From Candidatus Omnitrophota bacterium (GTDB taxonomy: Bacteria; Omnitrophota; Omnitrophia; Omnitrophales; Aquincolibacteriaceae), in NCBI GenBank assembly GCA_016930235.1, contig JAFGHI010000047.1, positions 8,534-72,533 on the forward strand: a stretch of DNA of 64,000 nucleotides, written 5' to 3'. The notes below the pieces were generated by a model. The model ran no database searches. It was not told the origin of the DNA and saw only the letters and a program-made list of their open reading frames with translations. This document shows, one piece after another, positions 51,401 to 62,239 of this stretch; position 1 is the first letter of the stretch; each line of letters opens with the position of its first letter. The position numbers and the translations under genes are program-made.

Positions 51401-52482
51401 GGAAGACCGCATTGATGAAGCTTTAGCTCTGGGCCGATAACGATAACGGAGCGGCCAGAATAATCAACGCGCTTCCCTAAAAGATTTTGACGAAACCGGC
51501 CTTGTTTACCTTTCAGCATGTCACTTAATGATTTCAAAGGCCGGTTCCCAGCACCCAGGACGGGTCTCCCATGACGCCCATTATCGAACAAAGCATCCAC
51601 AGCCTCTTGCAACATACGTTTTTCGTTGCGAATAATGACATCGGGCGCTTTAAGTTCCAGTAATTTCTTTAACCGATTATTCCGATTAATAACACGCCGA
51701 TAAAGATCATTGAGATCGCTTGTCGCAAATCTTCCGCCATCCAATGCAACCAAAGGACGAAGATCCGGCGGAATAACAGGAACAACATCCAAAATCATCC
51801 ATTCAGGATTATTTCCTGATTTTTTGAAGGCATCGACAATTTTCAAAATCTTGATGGCTCTGGCACGAGCTTGTTTTGATTTAGAAACTTTAACCTGGCG
51901 CTGATATTTTTGAACAAGCTTTCCCAAATCGAGTTCCTGGAGAAGTTCTCGAATAGCTTCGGCTCCCATTTTAGCAACAAAGCTTGTTGCGCCGTACTGC
52001 TCTTGCGCTTTATGAAACTCCTCTTCCGTCAAAAGCTGTCTCTTCTTTAAGGGTGTCTCTTGAGGATCGATGACAATATATTCTTCATAATAAAGTACCT
52101 TTTCGAGAGCACGCACGCTCAAATCAAGCAAATTCCCGATTCTTGAAGGCATGGTCTTAAAAAACCATATGTGGGAAACGGGCGTGACAAGCTCAATGTG
52201 CCCCATCCGCTCACGGCGGACCTTGGATTGGGTAACTTCGACACCACAACGGTCACAAACAATCCCTTTATGCTTAATCCGTTTATACTTTCCGCAATTA
52301 CATTCCCAGTCGCGGGTCGGGCCAAAAATCCTTTCGCAGAAAAGTCCGTCCTTTTCCGGTTTCAACGTTCGGTAATTAATTGTTTCCGGCTTCTTCACTT
52401 CCCCATGTGACCACTTCCGAATCACATCCGGTGAGGCAATGCGGATCGAGACTGAATCAAAAGTATTGATATCGTAGTTCAT
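48433..52482 (-). CDS. rpoC: DNA-directed RNA polymerase subunit beta'
   Basis: 1349 aa. Zn finger [23 protein letters not shown] and the NADFDGD catalytic motif. Its start forms ATGA with the rpoB stop. Confidence 0.95.
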   Translation of the reverse strand: MNYDINTFDSVSIRIASPDVIRKWSHGEVKKPETINYRTLKPEKDGLFCERIFGPTRDWECNCGKYKRIKHKGIVCDRCGVEVTQSKVRRERMGHIELVTPVSHIWFFKTMPSRIGNLLDLSVRALEKVLYYEEYIVIDPQETPLKKRQLLTEEEFHKAQEQYGATSFVAKMGAEAIRELLQELDLGKLVQKYQRQVKVSKSKQARARAIKILKIVDAFKKSGNNPEWMILDVVPVIPPDLRPLVALDGGRFATSDLNDLYRRVINRNNRLKKLLELKAPDVIIRNEKRMLQEAVDALFDNGRHGRPVLGAGNRPLKSLSDMLKGKQGRFRQNLLGKRVDYSGRSVIVIGPELKLHQCGLPKKMALELFEPFIIRKLKERGHVHTIRSAKKMVERVKPEVWDILEEVINEHPVLLNRAPTLHRLGIQAFEPVLIEGKAIRIHPLVCTAFNADFDGDQMAVHVPLSMEAQMEARVLMLSSNNIFSPASGQPIATPSQDIVLGVYYLTKAKEGAKGEGTVFASTEEAILAFQDNEVHKHAKIKLRLQDGKIIDTTMGRILFNEILPKGYRFVDELITKGKLSKIIADCYQSFGHSEVIQLLDRLKSAGFEEATSAGISIGIDDIQIPDNKEELLDEARQQVKTIEGQYKNGLITEGERYNKVIDIWTHITDRVSDSMFSNLALFNPVFMMADSGARGSKQQIRQLAGMRGLMAKPSGEIIESPITANFREGLTVLEYFISTHGARKGLADTALKTADSGYLTRRLVDVAQDVIITEDDCNTLNGIFVEPVYEGEEIIVSLKDRIMGRVALDNVVDVVTDQLIVKSGDVINEVIADKLEEVGIEKIRIRSVLTCQASRGVCAKCYGVDLAHGRLVELGTAVGVIAAQSIGEPGTQLTMRTFHIGGTAFRVVEQSYFRARNNGSLRYHNLKTVVTKTGEIVVLNRNGQLTIHGPSGRELERYTIPTGAIVSYKEEEEVKKDEIFVKWDPYTVPILTEVSGKVRYEDIKAGVTMNEEMDATTGMVERVIMEHREDLHPQLLITGKSDEIIAFYPIPTAAHIVVKDGDEVTAGTLIAKTPRKIAKTRDITGGLPRVAELFEARKPKNPAVIAEIDGIVEIGEVVKGQRKIIVKSTGGMTKEYLVPHGKHLNVYKGDKVIAGEQLVDGPVVPQDILRVSGERSLQEYLVSEVQEVYRLQGVRVNDKHVEVIVRQMLRKVRIEDPGDTDFLVGSHIDRSRFSEENDKMVKKSKQPAKATPILLGITKASLTTDSFISAASFQETTRVLTEASSAGKRDDLRGLKENVIMGHLIPAGTGFNDHQRIELVKAVGDILPDGDQAAKDSEEEQATNKTENA

Positions 52483-55400
52483 ACTTTTAGTTTCTCCTTA
52501 GCCTTCTGTTTGCGCTCTTCATCTTTTTTGCTGTCCGCCTTTTCGCTAATATCTCCAAAAAGCTGCGCTTTCTCAGGGATAATATCTAACCCCAGTGATT
52601 GTAATTCTTTGACCAAAACGTTGAAGGATTCTGGCGTTCCTGCATGCAATGCCGGCTCCCCTTTAACAATTGCTTCATAAACGCGTGTTCTCCCAACCAC
52701 ATCATCACTTTTAACTGTCAGAAGCTCTTGAAGGGTGAAAGCAGCGCCGTACGCTTCAAGCGCCCATACTTCCATTTCCCCAAAACGCTGGCCGCCAAAT
52801 TGAGCCTTACCCCCAAGCGGCTGCTGCGTAACTAATGAGTAAGGGCCTATGGAACGCGCATGAATCTTGTCATCCGCTAAATGAGCAAGCTTCATCATGT
52901 AGATATAACCAACGGTCACTTGTTCATCAAAAGGTTCCCCAGTGCGCCCGTCATGAAGGATGGTTTTCCCATCTGTAGGTAATTTGGCTTCCTTCAACAT
53001 ACTCTTGATTTCATTTTCTGTGGCACCGCTAAAGACAGGCGTCATCATTTTGATCCCTAAAACTTTGGCCGCCCAACCAAGATGCGTTTCGAGAATTTGC
53101 CCAACGTTCATACGCGAAGGCACACCCAATGGATTGAGGATAATTTCAACGGGAGTTCCATCCGGCAAATAGGGCATATCTTCTTCAGGCAAAATTTTGG
53201 CAATAACTCCCTTGTTCCCGTGCCGTCCAGCCATCTTGTCTCCGACAGAAACTTTTCTTTTGGAGCAAACATAAACCACCACCCGCTTAATCACGCCCGG
53301 CGGAAGCTCATCTCCTTTTTTGACACGGTCAATTTCCCGAGCTCTCTCGCCAATCAGCTCATCAATTTCATCTCCCCAGACGTTGGCGATTTTACGAATG
53401 CTTTCTTCTAACTCTGGGTCATCATCAATTCGAATGGATTCCCAATCACAATTCTCAAGTTTTTTAAGATCACTCTTTTCCACGACGCGCCCTGCTTTAA
53501 TTAAGAGTTCTCCTAAAATGTCATCGACCAAATCCTCGGACAATCTCTTGCCGATAATCATAGAAGAAATCTTATTGAGCCGCTCTTTCTTGAGAGCATC
53601 GATCCTTTCCTGATACTGCACTTTAATTTCTTCAATATCTTTGTTTTCCTGCCGGCGCTCTTCACGAGTTTTAGCGCGAGATTCTTTTCTCTCAAAAACT
53701 TTGACGTCAACGACAATTCCTTCCACGCCGGGAGGAACCGTTAATGATGCATCACGAACGTCACCTGCCTTTTCACCAAAGATCGCCCTTAAAAGTTTTT
53801 CCTCCGGAGAGAGCTCTGTTTCAGACTTTGGCGTAATCTTACCAACTAAAATATCACCAGGGCCAACCTCCGCCCCGATTCGAATAACCCCCTCACCATC
53901 CAAGTCTTTAAGCGCTTCTTCGCTCACATTGGGAATATCTCGCGTAATTTCTTCATTCCCCAATTTAGTGTCGCGCGCCTCACATTCAAACTCTTCAACA
54001 TGGAGAGACGTGTAAACATCTTCTTTGCACAATCGTTCACTGATAATGATGGCATCTTCGAAGTTGTAGCCACGCCACGGCAAGAACGCCACAAGAACAT
54101 TATCCCCGAGAGCAAGCTCTCCCTCTTCTGTCGCAGCGCCATCTGCGATGACATCACCACGTTTTATTTTCTGTCCCACCGTAACAAGCGGTCTTTGATT
54201 AATACAAGTGCCCGCATTTGACCTTTCAAATTTTTTCAGTTTATAAACAAAGTCATCCACCACGATCTCATTAGCAGAAACAGATTTGACTGTCCCCCTT
54301 GCTTTGGAAACAATGGTTGCCCCGGAATCCTTCGCGACATGGCTTTCCATCCCAGTCCCAACTAAAGGTGAATGAGTAATGAGAAGCGGAACAGCTTGTC
54401 TTTGCATATTGGATCCCATAAGCGCACGGTTTGCGTCGTCATGTTCCAAGAACGGGATCAGTGAAGCGGCTACGCTCACCAGCTGACGCGGCGAAACGTC
54501 CATATAATCTATTTCTTCGGGTTTCTTCTTCGGAAAATCGCCTCGGAAACGACACGAAATAGAGTCGTGTAAAAAACGACCTTTGCTATCGACCGGCGCA
54601 TTTGCCTGGGCAATTACATATTTATCTTCTATATCGGCTGTTAAAAAATCGATTTTGTCGGTCACTCGGCCATTCTCAACCTTCCGATATGGGCTTTCTA
54701 AAAAGCCAATCGGATTGACCCGAGCAAAAGTACTTAAAGACGCAATTAATCCAATGTTCGGACCTTCCGGAGTCTCAATTGGACAAATACGTCCGTAATG
54801 AGAAGGATGAACGTCCCGAACTTCAAAACCCGCCCTCTCACGTGACAATCCACCCGGACCAAGAGCCGAGAGACGTCTTTTGTGAGTCAATTCTGAAAGT
54901 GGATTTGTTTGGTCCATAAATTGTGAGAGTTGGCTTCGACCGAAAAAGTCTTTAATTGCTGCAGAAATAAGTTTGGGATTAATCAAATTGTGCGGCATAG
55001 CGGCGTCAAGATCATAAATGGACATACGTTCGAGACAAGAACGTTTCATTCGTGCTAACCCCACGCGGAACTGATTCTGTAAAAGCTCCCCTACAGAACG
55101 AACGCGCCGGTTCCCTAAATGATCGATATCATCCACTCTTATCTCACCCGACCTAAGATGGAGGAGTTTTTGAATTACCTTCATGACATCTTCGCGCGAT
55201 AGAGTCGTGTCCTTCTTAACTTGCTCCAATCCGAGCTTTCTGTTTAACATAAAGCGGCCAACGTCACCCAAGTCATACCGTTGAGCATCGAAAAACAATT
55301 TATCAATCAAGTCCTGGGCACTTGCTTCTGTTGGAGGATCGCCCGGGCGAATTCGGCGGTAAATAGCTACCTGCGCATCCTGAGAATTTCGATAAGGATC

Positions 55401-56264
55401 TCTCTCAAGCGTATTAAAGACACAAAGATCTTCCTTTGAACACTTCACAATCGTTAACGAATTGACTTTGTTGGTCAGGAGAATATCTAACACTTCTTTT
55501 GTAAGTTTCGTCCCCCCTAAAGCTATCGGCTCCTTTGTTTCAGGATGGATCACATCATCAGCAAGATATTCACCCTCCAATTTTTTTGTTGTCGCTTTAT
55601 CAAGGTTTTTAATCTTCTCGATAGGATAAAGTTCTTTCAAAATATCGCAGGTAGTGGAATAACCGAGGGCACGCAACAGCGTCGTAGCTAAAATCTTACG
55701 GCGACGGTCAATGTAAGCAAACAGAACATCATTAATATCAGATTCAAACTCAATCCATGCCCCGCGGTAAGGGATAATTCTCACACTAAAGATTTTTTTA
55801 CCGCTTGGGTGTAACGATTCTTCAAGGGACACCCCGGGTGAACGATGGAGTTGGCTGACAACCACTCGCTCGGCCCCATTTATAATGAAGGTCCCAGTTT
55901 CAGTCATTAAGGGTAACTCGCCGATATAGACTTCTTGTTCTTTGGCTATACCTTTTCTGACTAAACGGAGCTTTACCTTCAGCGGCGCCGCATAGGTCAT
56001 TCCCCTCTTATGGCATTCCGCAATCGAATATTTCGGCTTCCCCAAAGAATAGCCTACGTACTCGAGTTTGCATGATCCGTCAAAACTCTCGATTGGGAAA
56101 CAACTTTGAAAAGTAGCCTCCAAACCCTGAGATTTACGTGTACGTTTCCCGCTGTCTAACTGCAAGAAATCACGATACGATTTGACCTGAATCTCAACGA
56201 GATTCGGCAAATGCATTGTGTCATGAATCTTTGTGAAATTTTTGCGTTCCGTTGTCAGTACCAT
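52479..56264 (-). CDS. rpoB: DNA-directed RNA polymerase subunit beta
   Basis: 1261 aa. Conserved beta-subunit blocks. SD TGGAGG before the ATG at 56264. Confidence 0.95.
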   Translation of the reverse strand: MVLTTERKNFTKIHDTMHLPNLVEIQVKSYRDFLQLDSGKRTRKSQGLEATFQSCFPIESFDGSCKLEYVGYSLGKPKYSIAECHKRGMTYAAPLKVKLRLVRKGIAKEQEVYIGELPLMTETGTFIINGAERVVVSQLHRSPGVSLEESLHPSGKKIFSVRIIPYRGAWIEFESDINDVLFAYIDRRRKILATTLLRALGYSTTCDILKELYPIEKIKNLDKATTKKLEGEYLADDVIHPETKEPIALGGTKLTKEVLDILLTNKVNSLTIVKCSKEDLCVFNTLERDPYRNSQDAQVAIYRRIRPGDPPTEASAQDLIDKLFFDAQRYDLGDVGRFMLNRKLGLEQVKKDTTLSREDVMKVIQKLLHLRSGEIRVDDIDHLGNRRVRSVGELLQNQFRVGLARMKRSCLERMSIYDLDAAMPHNLINPKLISAAIKDFFGRSQLSQFMDQTNPLSELTHKRRLSALGPGGLSRERAGFEVRDVHPSHYGRICPIETPEGPNIGLIASLSTFARVNPIGFLESPYRKVENGRVTDKIDFLTADIEDKYVIAQANAPVDSKGRFLHDSISCRFRGDFPKKKPEEIDYMDVSPRQLVSVAASLIPFLEHDDANRALMGSNMQRQAVPLLITHSPLVGTGMESHVAKDSGATIVSKARGTVKSVSANEIVVDDFVYKLKKFERSNAGTCINQRPLVTVGQKIKRGDVIADGAATEEGELALGDNVLVAFLPWRGYNFEDAIIISERLCKEDVYTSLHVEEFECEARDTKLGNEEITRDIPNVSEEALKDLDGEGVIRIGAEVGPGDILVGKITPKSETELSPEEKLLRAIFGEKAGDVRDASLTVPPGVEGIVVDVKVFERKESRAKTREERRQENKDIEEIKVQYQERIDALKKERLNKISSMIIGKRLSEDLVDDILGELLIKAGRVVEKSDLKKLENCDWESIRIDDDPELEESIRKIANVWGDEIDELIGERAREIDRVKKGDELPPGVIKRVVVYVCSKRKVSVGDKMAGRHGNKGVIAKILPEEDMPYLPDGTPVEIILNPLGVPSRMNVGQILETHLGWAAKVLGIKMMTPVFSGATENEIKSMLKEAKLPTDGKTILHDGRTGEPFDEQVTVGYIYMMKLAHLADDKIHARSIGPYSLVTQQPLGGKAQFGGQRFGEMEVWALEAYGAAFTLQELLTVKSDDVVGRTRVYEAIVKGEPALHAGTPESFNVLVKELQSLGLDIIPEKAQLFGDISEKADSKKDEERKQKAKEKLKV

Positions 56265-56443
56265 AAAGAGTTTGCCTCCAATGATCCTTTCTCTAGCTCA
56301 TTAGAATCAGGAGCATTCATTCGAGAAATTGTCATCTCGCCTTTGCCCCTGATTTTCCTACTCTTAGGATTCTTAAAAAACCAGGCCCCAACCTTCCTTG
56401 AGTCTTGCTGGATATCCCGCACAAGAATCAAGGTTAGGAGGTT

Positions 56444-56911
56444 CTACTTAATCTCGACTTTCGCTCCCTGCTCTTCGAGAACCTTCTTCATTTTTTCAGC
56501 CTCTTCCTTGGTAGCATCCTCTTTAACAGTCTTAGGAGCGCCTTCCACAAGGTCTTTGGCTTCTTTTAGTCCCAAATTCGTCAGCGCACGAATTTCCTTA
56601 ATGACTTGGATTTTCTTCGCACCTGAATTTGCAAGAATCACGGTAAAACTGGTCTTCTCTTCAGCTGCCTCTCCACCTCCAGCAGCCGCTACACCAGCAC
56701 CTGGAGCAGCAACAGCTACCGCAGCTGCAGCACTTACGCCAAATTTCTCTTCCAGAGCTTTGACCAAATCCGCAAGTTCAAGGACTGTAAGTTCCTCGAT
56801 AGATTTCAGGATAGCCTGTAACTTTTCAGACACGGCAATTCCCTCTTTCTTTGTTTCTTTTGATTCTGTGTTTTTTGTTTCGACGACTTCCGCCGCCTGT
56901 TCCGTCGACAT
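56444..56911 (-). CDS. rplL: 50S ribosomal protein L7/L12 with a ~25-aa N-terminal extension
   Basis: 155 aa. Ala/Gly hinge, then C-terminal domain [23 protein letters not shown]. Confidence 0.9.
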   Translation of the reverse strand: MSTEQAAEVVETKNTESKETKKEGIAVSEKLQAILKSIEELTVLELADLVKALEEKFGVSAAAAVAVAAPGAGVAAAGGGEAAEEKTSFTVILANSGAKKIQVIKEIRALTNLGLKEAKDLVEGAPKTVKEDATKEEAEKMKKVLEEQGAKVEIK

Positions 56912-56933
56912 GATACTTCCTCCTATTACCGAA

Positions 56934-57467
56934 TTATGCCGTTTGTGGTTGTGATTCTTTTTTCTTTTTAATTTCGTTAATGGCGATCACGAGCCCACGA
57001 GTTAACTGACCTAGCGCCATCACAAACCCCGAAATCGGGGAATTGATCCGAACGACAACTTGAGTCAATAATTCTTCGCGGGACGGCAGTTTTGCCAATC
57101 GTTTAATAAAATTGACGTCATAAATCTTATTCTCAAAAATAACGCCAGCTGGGGCGAGCTTGTCATTTCCCTTATTGTAATCAACGATTTCTTTAGAAAT
57201 AATCTGTGGGTCTTTATCCCCAAAGGTAATCATTGCGGGTCCCTTCAATAGCTTATCCACATCGCCTAAATTTCTCTCGGTAAATATCTTCTTAATAAAA
57301 GCGTGTTTGGCGACAAATGAACGTTTTGCGACTTTAGCTATTTTTTGCCGGAAATCCGATAACTCAGAAACTTTCATTTTGTCAAAAATTGAAATAAAAA
57401 CATACGGATTTTCTCCAAATTCTTGACTCAATTCCTCCAACATCATCTTTTTGATTTCCGATGGCAT
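56934..57467 (-). CDS. rplJ: 50S ribosomal protein L10
   Basis: 177 aa. Confidence 0.9.
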   Translation of the reverse strand: MPSEIKKMMLEELSQEFGENPYVFISIFDKMKVSELSDFRQKIAKVAKRSFVAKHAFIKKIFTERNLGDVDKLLKGPAMITFGDKDPQIISKEIVDYNKGNDKLAPAGVIFENKIYDVNFIKRLAKLPSREELLTQVVVRINSPISGFVMALGQLTRGLVIAINEIKKKKESQPQTA

Positions 57468-57477
57468 TTTAAACCTC

Positions 57478-58173
57478 TTACAACGTGTTAACGGCCAAAC
57501 GTATTCCTGGCCCTTGGGACGGGGCTATCGTAATTTTCCCCAGATAGTCACCTTTTGCTGTCGCTGGCTTAGCATCTCGAATAGCTTGCACAATTCGTCG
57601 AGCATTTTCCCGCAATTTCTCTTCCGAAAATGACAATTTGCCGCATGTAGCATGAACTCCCCCCGTTTTATCGCTTTTAAACTCAATCCGGCCCGCTTTG
57701 AGTTCCTTCACAGCTCGGCCAACATTGGGGGTTACTGTTCCTGCTTTCGGTGATGGCATAAGCCCTTTAGGCCCAAGGATGCGGCCCAACTTGCTAACTT
57801 CACGCATCATTTCAGGATGAGCCACAATCGCATCGAAATCAAGCCATCCCCCTTGAATCTTCTCGACTAAATCCTCGGCTCCTATAAAATCTGCACCTTC
57901 TAATTCAGCTTCCTTGGCTATTTCCCCTTTACACAAACAAACAACACGAATCGATTTTCCGCTCCCATGAGGCAAGTTAACTGTCCCTCTTACAGTTTCC
58001 GTACCAGAAGCAGTGTCAATGCCTAACTGGAAATTAACGGTAATCGTTTCGTCATATTTCTGATCCTTAATCTTCTTAATAATCTGAACAGCATCATCAA
58101 GAGAGTACCGTTTGTTCCGGTCTACTAACTTAGCTCTTTCTTGATATCTCTTACTTCTTTTCGGTGCAGGCAT
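57478..58173 (-). CDS. rplA: 50S ribosomal protein L1
   Basis: 231 aa. Confidence 0.9.
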   Translation of the reverse strand: MPAPKRSKRYQERAKLVDRNKRYSLDDAVQIIKKIKDQKYDETITVNFQLGIDTASGTETVRGTVNLPHGSGKSIRVVCLCKGEIAKEAELEGADFIGAEDLVEKIQGGWLDFDAIVAHPEMMREVSKLGRILGPKGLMPSPKAGTVTPNVGRAVKELKAGRIEFKSDKTGGVHATCGKLSFSEEKLRENARRIVQAIRDAKPATAKGDYLGKITIAPSQGPGIRLAVNTL

Positions 58174-58176
58174 TAA

Positions 58177-58608
58177 TTATTTCTCCTCAACAACTTCAAT
58201 CCCCATGCTCCGGGCCGTGCCTTCAACAATTCGAACAGCGCTTTCTACTTTTGTTGTATTTAAATCCGACATTTTTTGCTTAGCAATTTCAAGAACTTCT
58301 TCTTTTGTCACTTTTCCGATACTGTGCTTTCCTGGTTCCGGTGAAGCCTTTGCTAATCCAGCTGCCTTCTTTAAAGCTGCCGAAACAGGCGGGGATTTAA
58401 CAATAAATGTGAACGAACGGTCTTTATAAACGGAAATGACAACCGGCAAAATTGTCCCCTGTTTTGTTTTCGATCGCTCATTGAACTGCTTACAAAATTC
58501 CATAATATTAACCCCATGCTGCCCAAGAGCGGGGCCTACAGGAGGCGCTGGATTCGCTTGTCCGCCTGTCACTTGCAACTTAATTTGCGTAACGAGTTCT
58601 TTTGCCAT
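58177..58608 (-). CDS. rplK: 50S ribosomal protein L11
   Basis: 143 aa. [31 protein letters not shown]. Confidence 0.9.
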   Translation of the reverse strand: MAKELVTQIKLQVTGGQANPAPPVGPALGQHGVNIMEFCKQFNERSKTKQGTILPVVISVYKDRSFTFIVKSPPVSAALKKAAGLAKASPEPGKHSIGKVTKEEVLEIAKQKMSDLNTTKVESAVRIVEGTARSMGIEVVEEK

Positions 58609-58626
58609 TTTTTTATTTTTATGCCT

Positions 58627-59160
58627 CTAAACTTTTTCGACTTGCCAATATTCAAGCTCAACCGGCGTTGAACGGCCAAAAATTGTTACCATCACTTTTA
58701 ACTTGCCCCGATCAGGGTTAACTTCTTCGATAGTGCCGTTAAAATTTGCAAACGCACCCTCTTTCACTCGAACGCTTTCGCCAGCTCCAAATTCCACCTT
58801 TGGCTTTGGTCTTGAGGTCTTTTCCTCTTGTTGCTGCAAGATTTGATCAACTTCAATTTCAGAAAGCGGAATAGGCGTTTTCCCTGACCCTACAAAACCG
58901 GAAATCCCAGGAGTATTTTTAACGAGGTACCAGCTATCATCTGTCATCTCCATTTGTACAAGAACATACCCCGGGAAAAATTTTCTCTCGGAAATCTTTT
59001 TTTTCCCCTCTTTAACTTCGCTAATTTTCTCAGTTGGAATAAGAACCTGATGGATATAGTCTTTCAGACCTGCTGTTTCGGCACGACTTAAAAGACTTGC
59101 CTTAACTTTCGCCTCAACGCCTGTCTGTGTGTGTACAACATACCACTTGGCTTTACTCAT
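58627..59160 (-). CDS. nusG: Transcription termination/antitermination factor NusG
   Basis: 177 aa. NGN domain WYVVHTQTGVE and C-terminal KOW. Confidence 0.9.
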   Translation of the reverse strand: MSKAKWYVVHTQTGVEAKVKASLLSRAETAGLKDYIHQVLIPTEKISEVKEGKKKISERKFFPGYVLVQMEMTDDSWYLVKNTPGISGFVGSGKTPIPLSEIEVDQILQQQEEKTSRPKPKVEFGAGESVRVKEGAFANFNGTIEEVNPDRGKLKVMVTIFGRSTPVELEYWQVEKV

Positions 59161-59165
59161 AAACT

Positions 59166-59351
59166 TTACCTGAGAACAATTCTCATAATCATCGAGAGAA
59201 TAAAATCAGCAACTCCTATAAAAAGAGCGACGATAAATGTCGTCACAATGACAACCAAGGTTGCCTGCCATAATTCGTTACGGCTTGGCCACGTGACTTT
59301 ATTTAATTCCTGTTTCGTTTCTGATATAAAATTTCCAATTTTCGTTAACAT
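59166..59351 (-). CDS. secE: Preprotein translocase subunit SecE
   Basis: 61 aa with a single TM (WQATLVVIVTTFIVALFIGVADF). Sits in the conserved slot between tRNA-Trp and nusG. Confidence 0.8.
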   Translation of the reverse strand: MLTKIGNFISETKQELNKVTWPSRNELWQATLVVIVTTFIVALFIGVADFILSMIMRIVLR

Positions 59352-59362
59352 ATCTTATCAGT

Positions 59363-59437
59363 CCAGGCCTGGCAGGATTTGAACCTGCAACATGCGGTTT
59401 TGGAGACCGCCGCTCTAGCCAGTTGGAGCTACAGGCC
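59363..59437 (-). tRNA. tRNA-Trp (anticodon CCA)
   Basis: AGGCCTGTAGCTCCAACTGGCTAGAGCGGCGGTCTCCAAAACCGCATGTTGCAGGTTCAAATCCTGCCAGGCCTG. Anticodon loop CTCCAAA. G73. Confidence 0.85.
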
Positions 59438-59638
59438 TCCGTCCTTTCGAACCATCATTTCATTTCCTCATAGATTGCGGCATTAGACAACAAACGCCTG
59501 CAATGGGATAGAAATTCCCTTCAATATTGCAATGCTTTTAATATTGGCCTTCAAATTGCAGGAGCTCTTATGGCGAAAATAAACCCCCTGCAATTAGATG
59601 TGTTTTCGCCGACTACGATGAGAGCTTTCGGAGATGAC

Positions 59639-60838
59639 TTATTCCAAAATCTCGCTCACGACTCCAGCGCCGACCGTCTTACCGCCTTCGCGAATGGCAA
59701 ACCGAAGTTCCTTCTCCATTGCAATAGGCGTAATCAACGCAGCCTCAATGGAGACGTTGTCTCCCGGCATCACCATCTCCGTCCCCTGTGGGAGTTGTAC
59801 TACACCCGTCACATCCGTTGTGCGGAAGTAAAATTGAGGACGGTAACCATTGAAGAATGGCGTATGTCTGCCACCTTCTTCCTTTGTTAAAATATAAACC
59901 TGCGCCTTAAATTTCTTATGGGGCGTAACTGAACCCGGTGCCGAAATAACCATTCCGCGCTCTAAGGTATCTTTATCTACACCACGTAAGAGCATGCCAA
60001 CATTATCGCCTGCTCTCGCATCATCTAATAATTTCCTAAACATTTCGATACCAGTCACAGTTGTCTTCATCGACTGATCACGAAGACCCACTATTTCAAC
60101 TTCTGCTCCAATCTTGATCTGGCCACGTTCGACACGGCCGGTTCCTACAGTTCCTCGACCAGAAATTGAAAAAACGTCTTCAACCGGCATCAAGAAGGGT
60201 TTATCAATATCACGCTTCGGTTCTGCTATATTTTCATCCAATGCTTTCACTAAATCTAGAATTGGCTGGGAAGCTGCAGCGTCGGCTGGATTTTCACAAG
60301 CTTTTAGCCCAGAACCACGAACGATCGGAATCGTATCGCCAGGAAATTCATATTTCTTAAGAAGGTCCCTTACTTCTAGCTCAACAAGATCAAGAAGTTC
60401 GGGATCATCAACAGCATCAACTTTATTAAGGAAAACTACGATTGAGGGAACACCAACCTGACGAGCAAGAAGAATATGTTCGCGCGTTTGGGGCATTGGA
60501 CCGTCAACCGCGGAAACAACGAGGATTGCTCCATCCATCTGGGCCGCACCGGTAATCATATTCTTAATATAATCGTGGTGCCCCGGACAATCCACATGGG
60601 CGTAATGCCGCTTGTCCGATTCATACTCAACGTGCGAAACAGCTATGGTCAATATTTTCGACTCGTCACGAACTGTTCCGCCCTTAGCAATTTCTGCGTA
60701 CTCTTTAATTGTTGCCATACCTTTTTGGGCGAGAACTTTTGTGATTGCAGATGTCAGGGTCGTTTTCCCATGATCCACATGACCAATCGTTCCAACGTTT
60801 ACGTGTGGCTTTGTCCTCTCGAATTTTTCCTTACCCAT
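59639..60838 (-). CDS. tuf: Elongation factor Tu
   Basis: 399 aa. [19 protein letters not shown] and NKVD motifs. Confidence 0.95.
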   Translation of the reverse strand: MGKEKFERTKPHVNVGTIGHVDHGKTTLTSAITKVLAQKGMATIKEYAEIAKGGTVRDESKILTIAVSHVEYESDKRHYAHVDCPGHHDYIKNMITGAAQMDGAILVVSAVDGPMPQTREHILLARQVGVPSIVVFLNKVDAVDDPELLDLVELEVRDLLKKYEFPGDTIPIVRGSGLKACENPADAAASQPILDLVKALDENIAEPKRDIDKPFLMPVEDVFSISGRGTVGTGRVERGQIKIGAEVEIVGLRDQSMKTTVTGIEMFRKLLDDARAGDNVGMLLRGVDKDTLERGMVISAPGSVTPHKKFKAQVYILTKEEGGRHTPFFNGYRPQFYFRTTDVTGVVQLPQGTEMVMPGDNVSIEAALITPIAMEKELRFAIREGGKTVGAGVVSEILE

Positions 60839-60882
60839 AATTATTTCTCCTTAAATTAGTTGCTCTGTTTAATTTTTTACCC

Positions 60883-60955
<73 letters not shown>

Positions 60956-61023
60956 AATTGTTTTGGTTTCCTTTGCTGAAGAAATTTCAAAATAAGACAG
61001 TCCTCTCGTAAGGTAAATGTTGG

Positions 61024-61051
61024 ATTATACTTCGGTATCCCGTCCTGTCAA
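61024..61051 (-). promoter_or_regulatory. Near-consensus sigma70 promoter for tRNA-Thr/tuf: TTGACA, 16-bp spacer, TATAAT
   Basis: Minus strand reads cTTGACAggacgggataccgaagTATAATcc. An A-tract (gaaaaaag) sits upstream like an UP element. About 65 nt upstream of the tRNA-Thr 5' end. Confidence 0.55.
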
Positions 61052-61267
61052 GCTTTTTTCAGCAAATGATAACAGGTGAGGGCTAATGCTTTTCTTTACA
61101 AAATTATTAAATTAACGGGTATGTATATCTAATATTATATATCTTATTTATTATGAATGGGTTACGTCATTCTCTATGTATATAATGACCTAGCAACCCA
61201 AAGGTGAGTAGATAGAATTATATTCAATAAATCATAACTTATTTCATAGAAACGGGTTATATCACAA

Positions 61268-61341
61268 TGGAGCGGGCAGCGGGAATCGAACCCGCATGAC
61301 CAGCTTGGAAGGCTGGGACTTTACCATTAAGCTATGCCCGC
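61268..61341 (-). tRNA. tRNA-Gly (anticodon TCC), CCA encoded
   Basis: GCGGGCATAGCTTAATGGTAAAGTCCCAGCCTTCCAAGCTGGTCATGCGGGTTCGATTCCCGCTGCCCGCTCCA. Anticodon loop CTTCCAA. Confidence 0.85.
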
Positions 61342-61381
61342 ACCAATTCCAGGATGCACTCTTTCTAAATAGAGCGGGCTC

Positions 61382-61410
61382 ATTATAGGAGGGGCATATT
61401 CGACTGTCAA
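61382..61410 (-). promoter_or_regulatory. Perfect-consensus sigma70 promoter for tRNA-Gly: TTGACA, 17-bp spacer, TATAAT
   Basis: Minus strand reads aTTGACAgtcgaatatgcccctccTATAATgagcc. The -10 ends about 40 nt upstream of the tRNA-Gly 5' end. Confidence 0.6.
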
Positions 61411-61457
61411 TTAATTGATCGAATGACTGACATAAATTTCAAACAGCAATATCACAT

Positions 61458-62171
61458 CTAAACGTTTAGTTTATATTTTAGAGTCTCTTCCCTACTTCCA
61501 AGTTTCGCTTCGACTTTCCCTAAAATAAGCGCAAAAACATCTGGAGGTTCTATTAACCGAATATCACTAATGGCTTCCCAACCCAATATTTTCAACATTG
61601 TCTTTACGCTGGAGAGATCTTTATAAATCATCCTATCAGAACCTAAAGTGTATTGCCTTTTTAATGGAACTACTCTTGAAAAATCCGTATACGTAGCCTG
61701 AGATAATTTAAGCGTGAACCTGTCAATTTTTATCGGCCACGATTTCAATCCACTCCTGGTGAGTCGATTATTCTGCTCGATATCATCATCTTTTTTAAAG
61801 GGCCCTAACTCGAGCCAATTTTGCTTCCTTTCCGGGGATTGCACGACATGAATTTCTCGGCAGTCAACATCAACTTTTCTGAAATGCCATATTTTCTTTT
61901 TTAAAGATTGCGGATGTAAATCTAGAAATACTTTCGAGAATTTTAAAAGATGCCCTCGGCCAAATCCTTTGGGATGCATAATGCTGACATTATGAAAAGT
62001 GATCTGGGAATCCATGAAATTAACCTGGGCCGAACCAATCCCAACGCGAGCACCCATCTTATCGCCCAATATATCTGCCATTATTGAACTTACAGTGATA
62101 TTGATCGTTAGAATTACAACGCAAATAAGGACTACCAATATCAGGAAGGACCGAAAAAATATTTTTTTCAT
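61458..62171 (-). CDS. Hypothetical membrane-anchored or secreted protein; the N-terminal TM and fold vaguely recall the AsmA-like family
   Basis: 237 aa. N-terminal hydrophobic helix FLILVVLICVVILTINITV. No motif I can name with confidence. Confidence 0.5.
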   Translation of the reverse strand: MKKIFFRSFLILVVLICVVILTINITVSSIMADILGDKMGARVGIGSAQVNFMDSQITFHNVSIMHPKGFGRGHLLKFSKVFLDLHPQSLKKKIWHFRKVDVDCREIHVVQSPERKQNWLELGPFKKDDDIEQNNRLTRSGLKSWPIKIDRFTLKLSQATYTDFSRVVPLKRQYTLGSDRMIYKDLSSVKTMLKILGWEAISDIRLIEPPDVFALILGKVEAKLGSREETLKYKLNV

Positions 62172-62239
62172 ATGGAGCTCCCTTCATAATGCATTAACGG
62201 CAATTTCAAATAAGTATCCACTATAATGTGTGATAAAAT

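Noticed and set aside
59438-59638. Search for rpmG (L33) or any small ORF between tuf and tRNA-Trp
   Set aside because: Manual translation of the minus strand gives only 3-9 codon ORFs running into the tRNA. There is no L33-like sequence.
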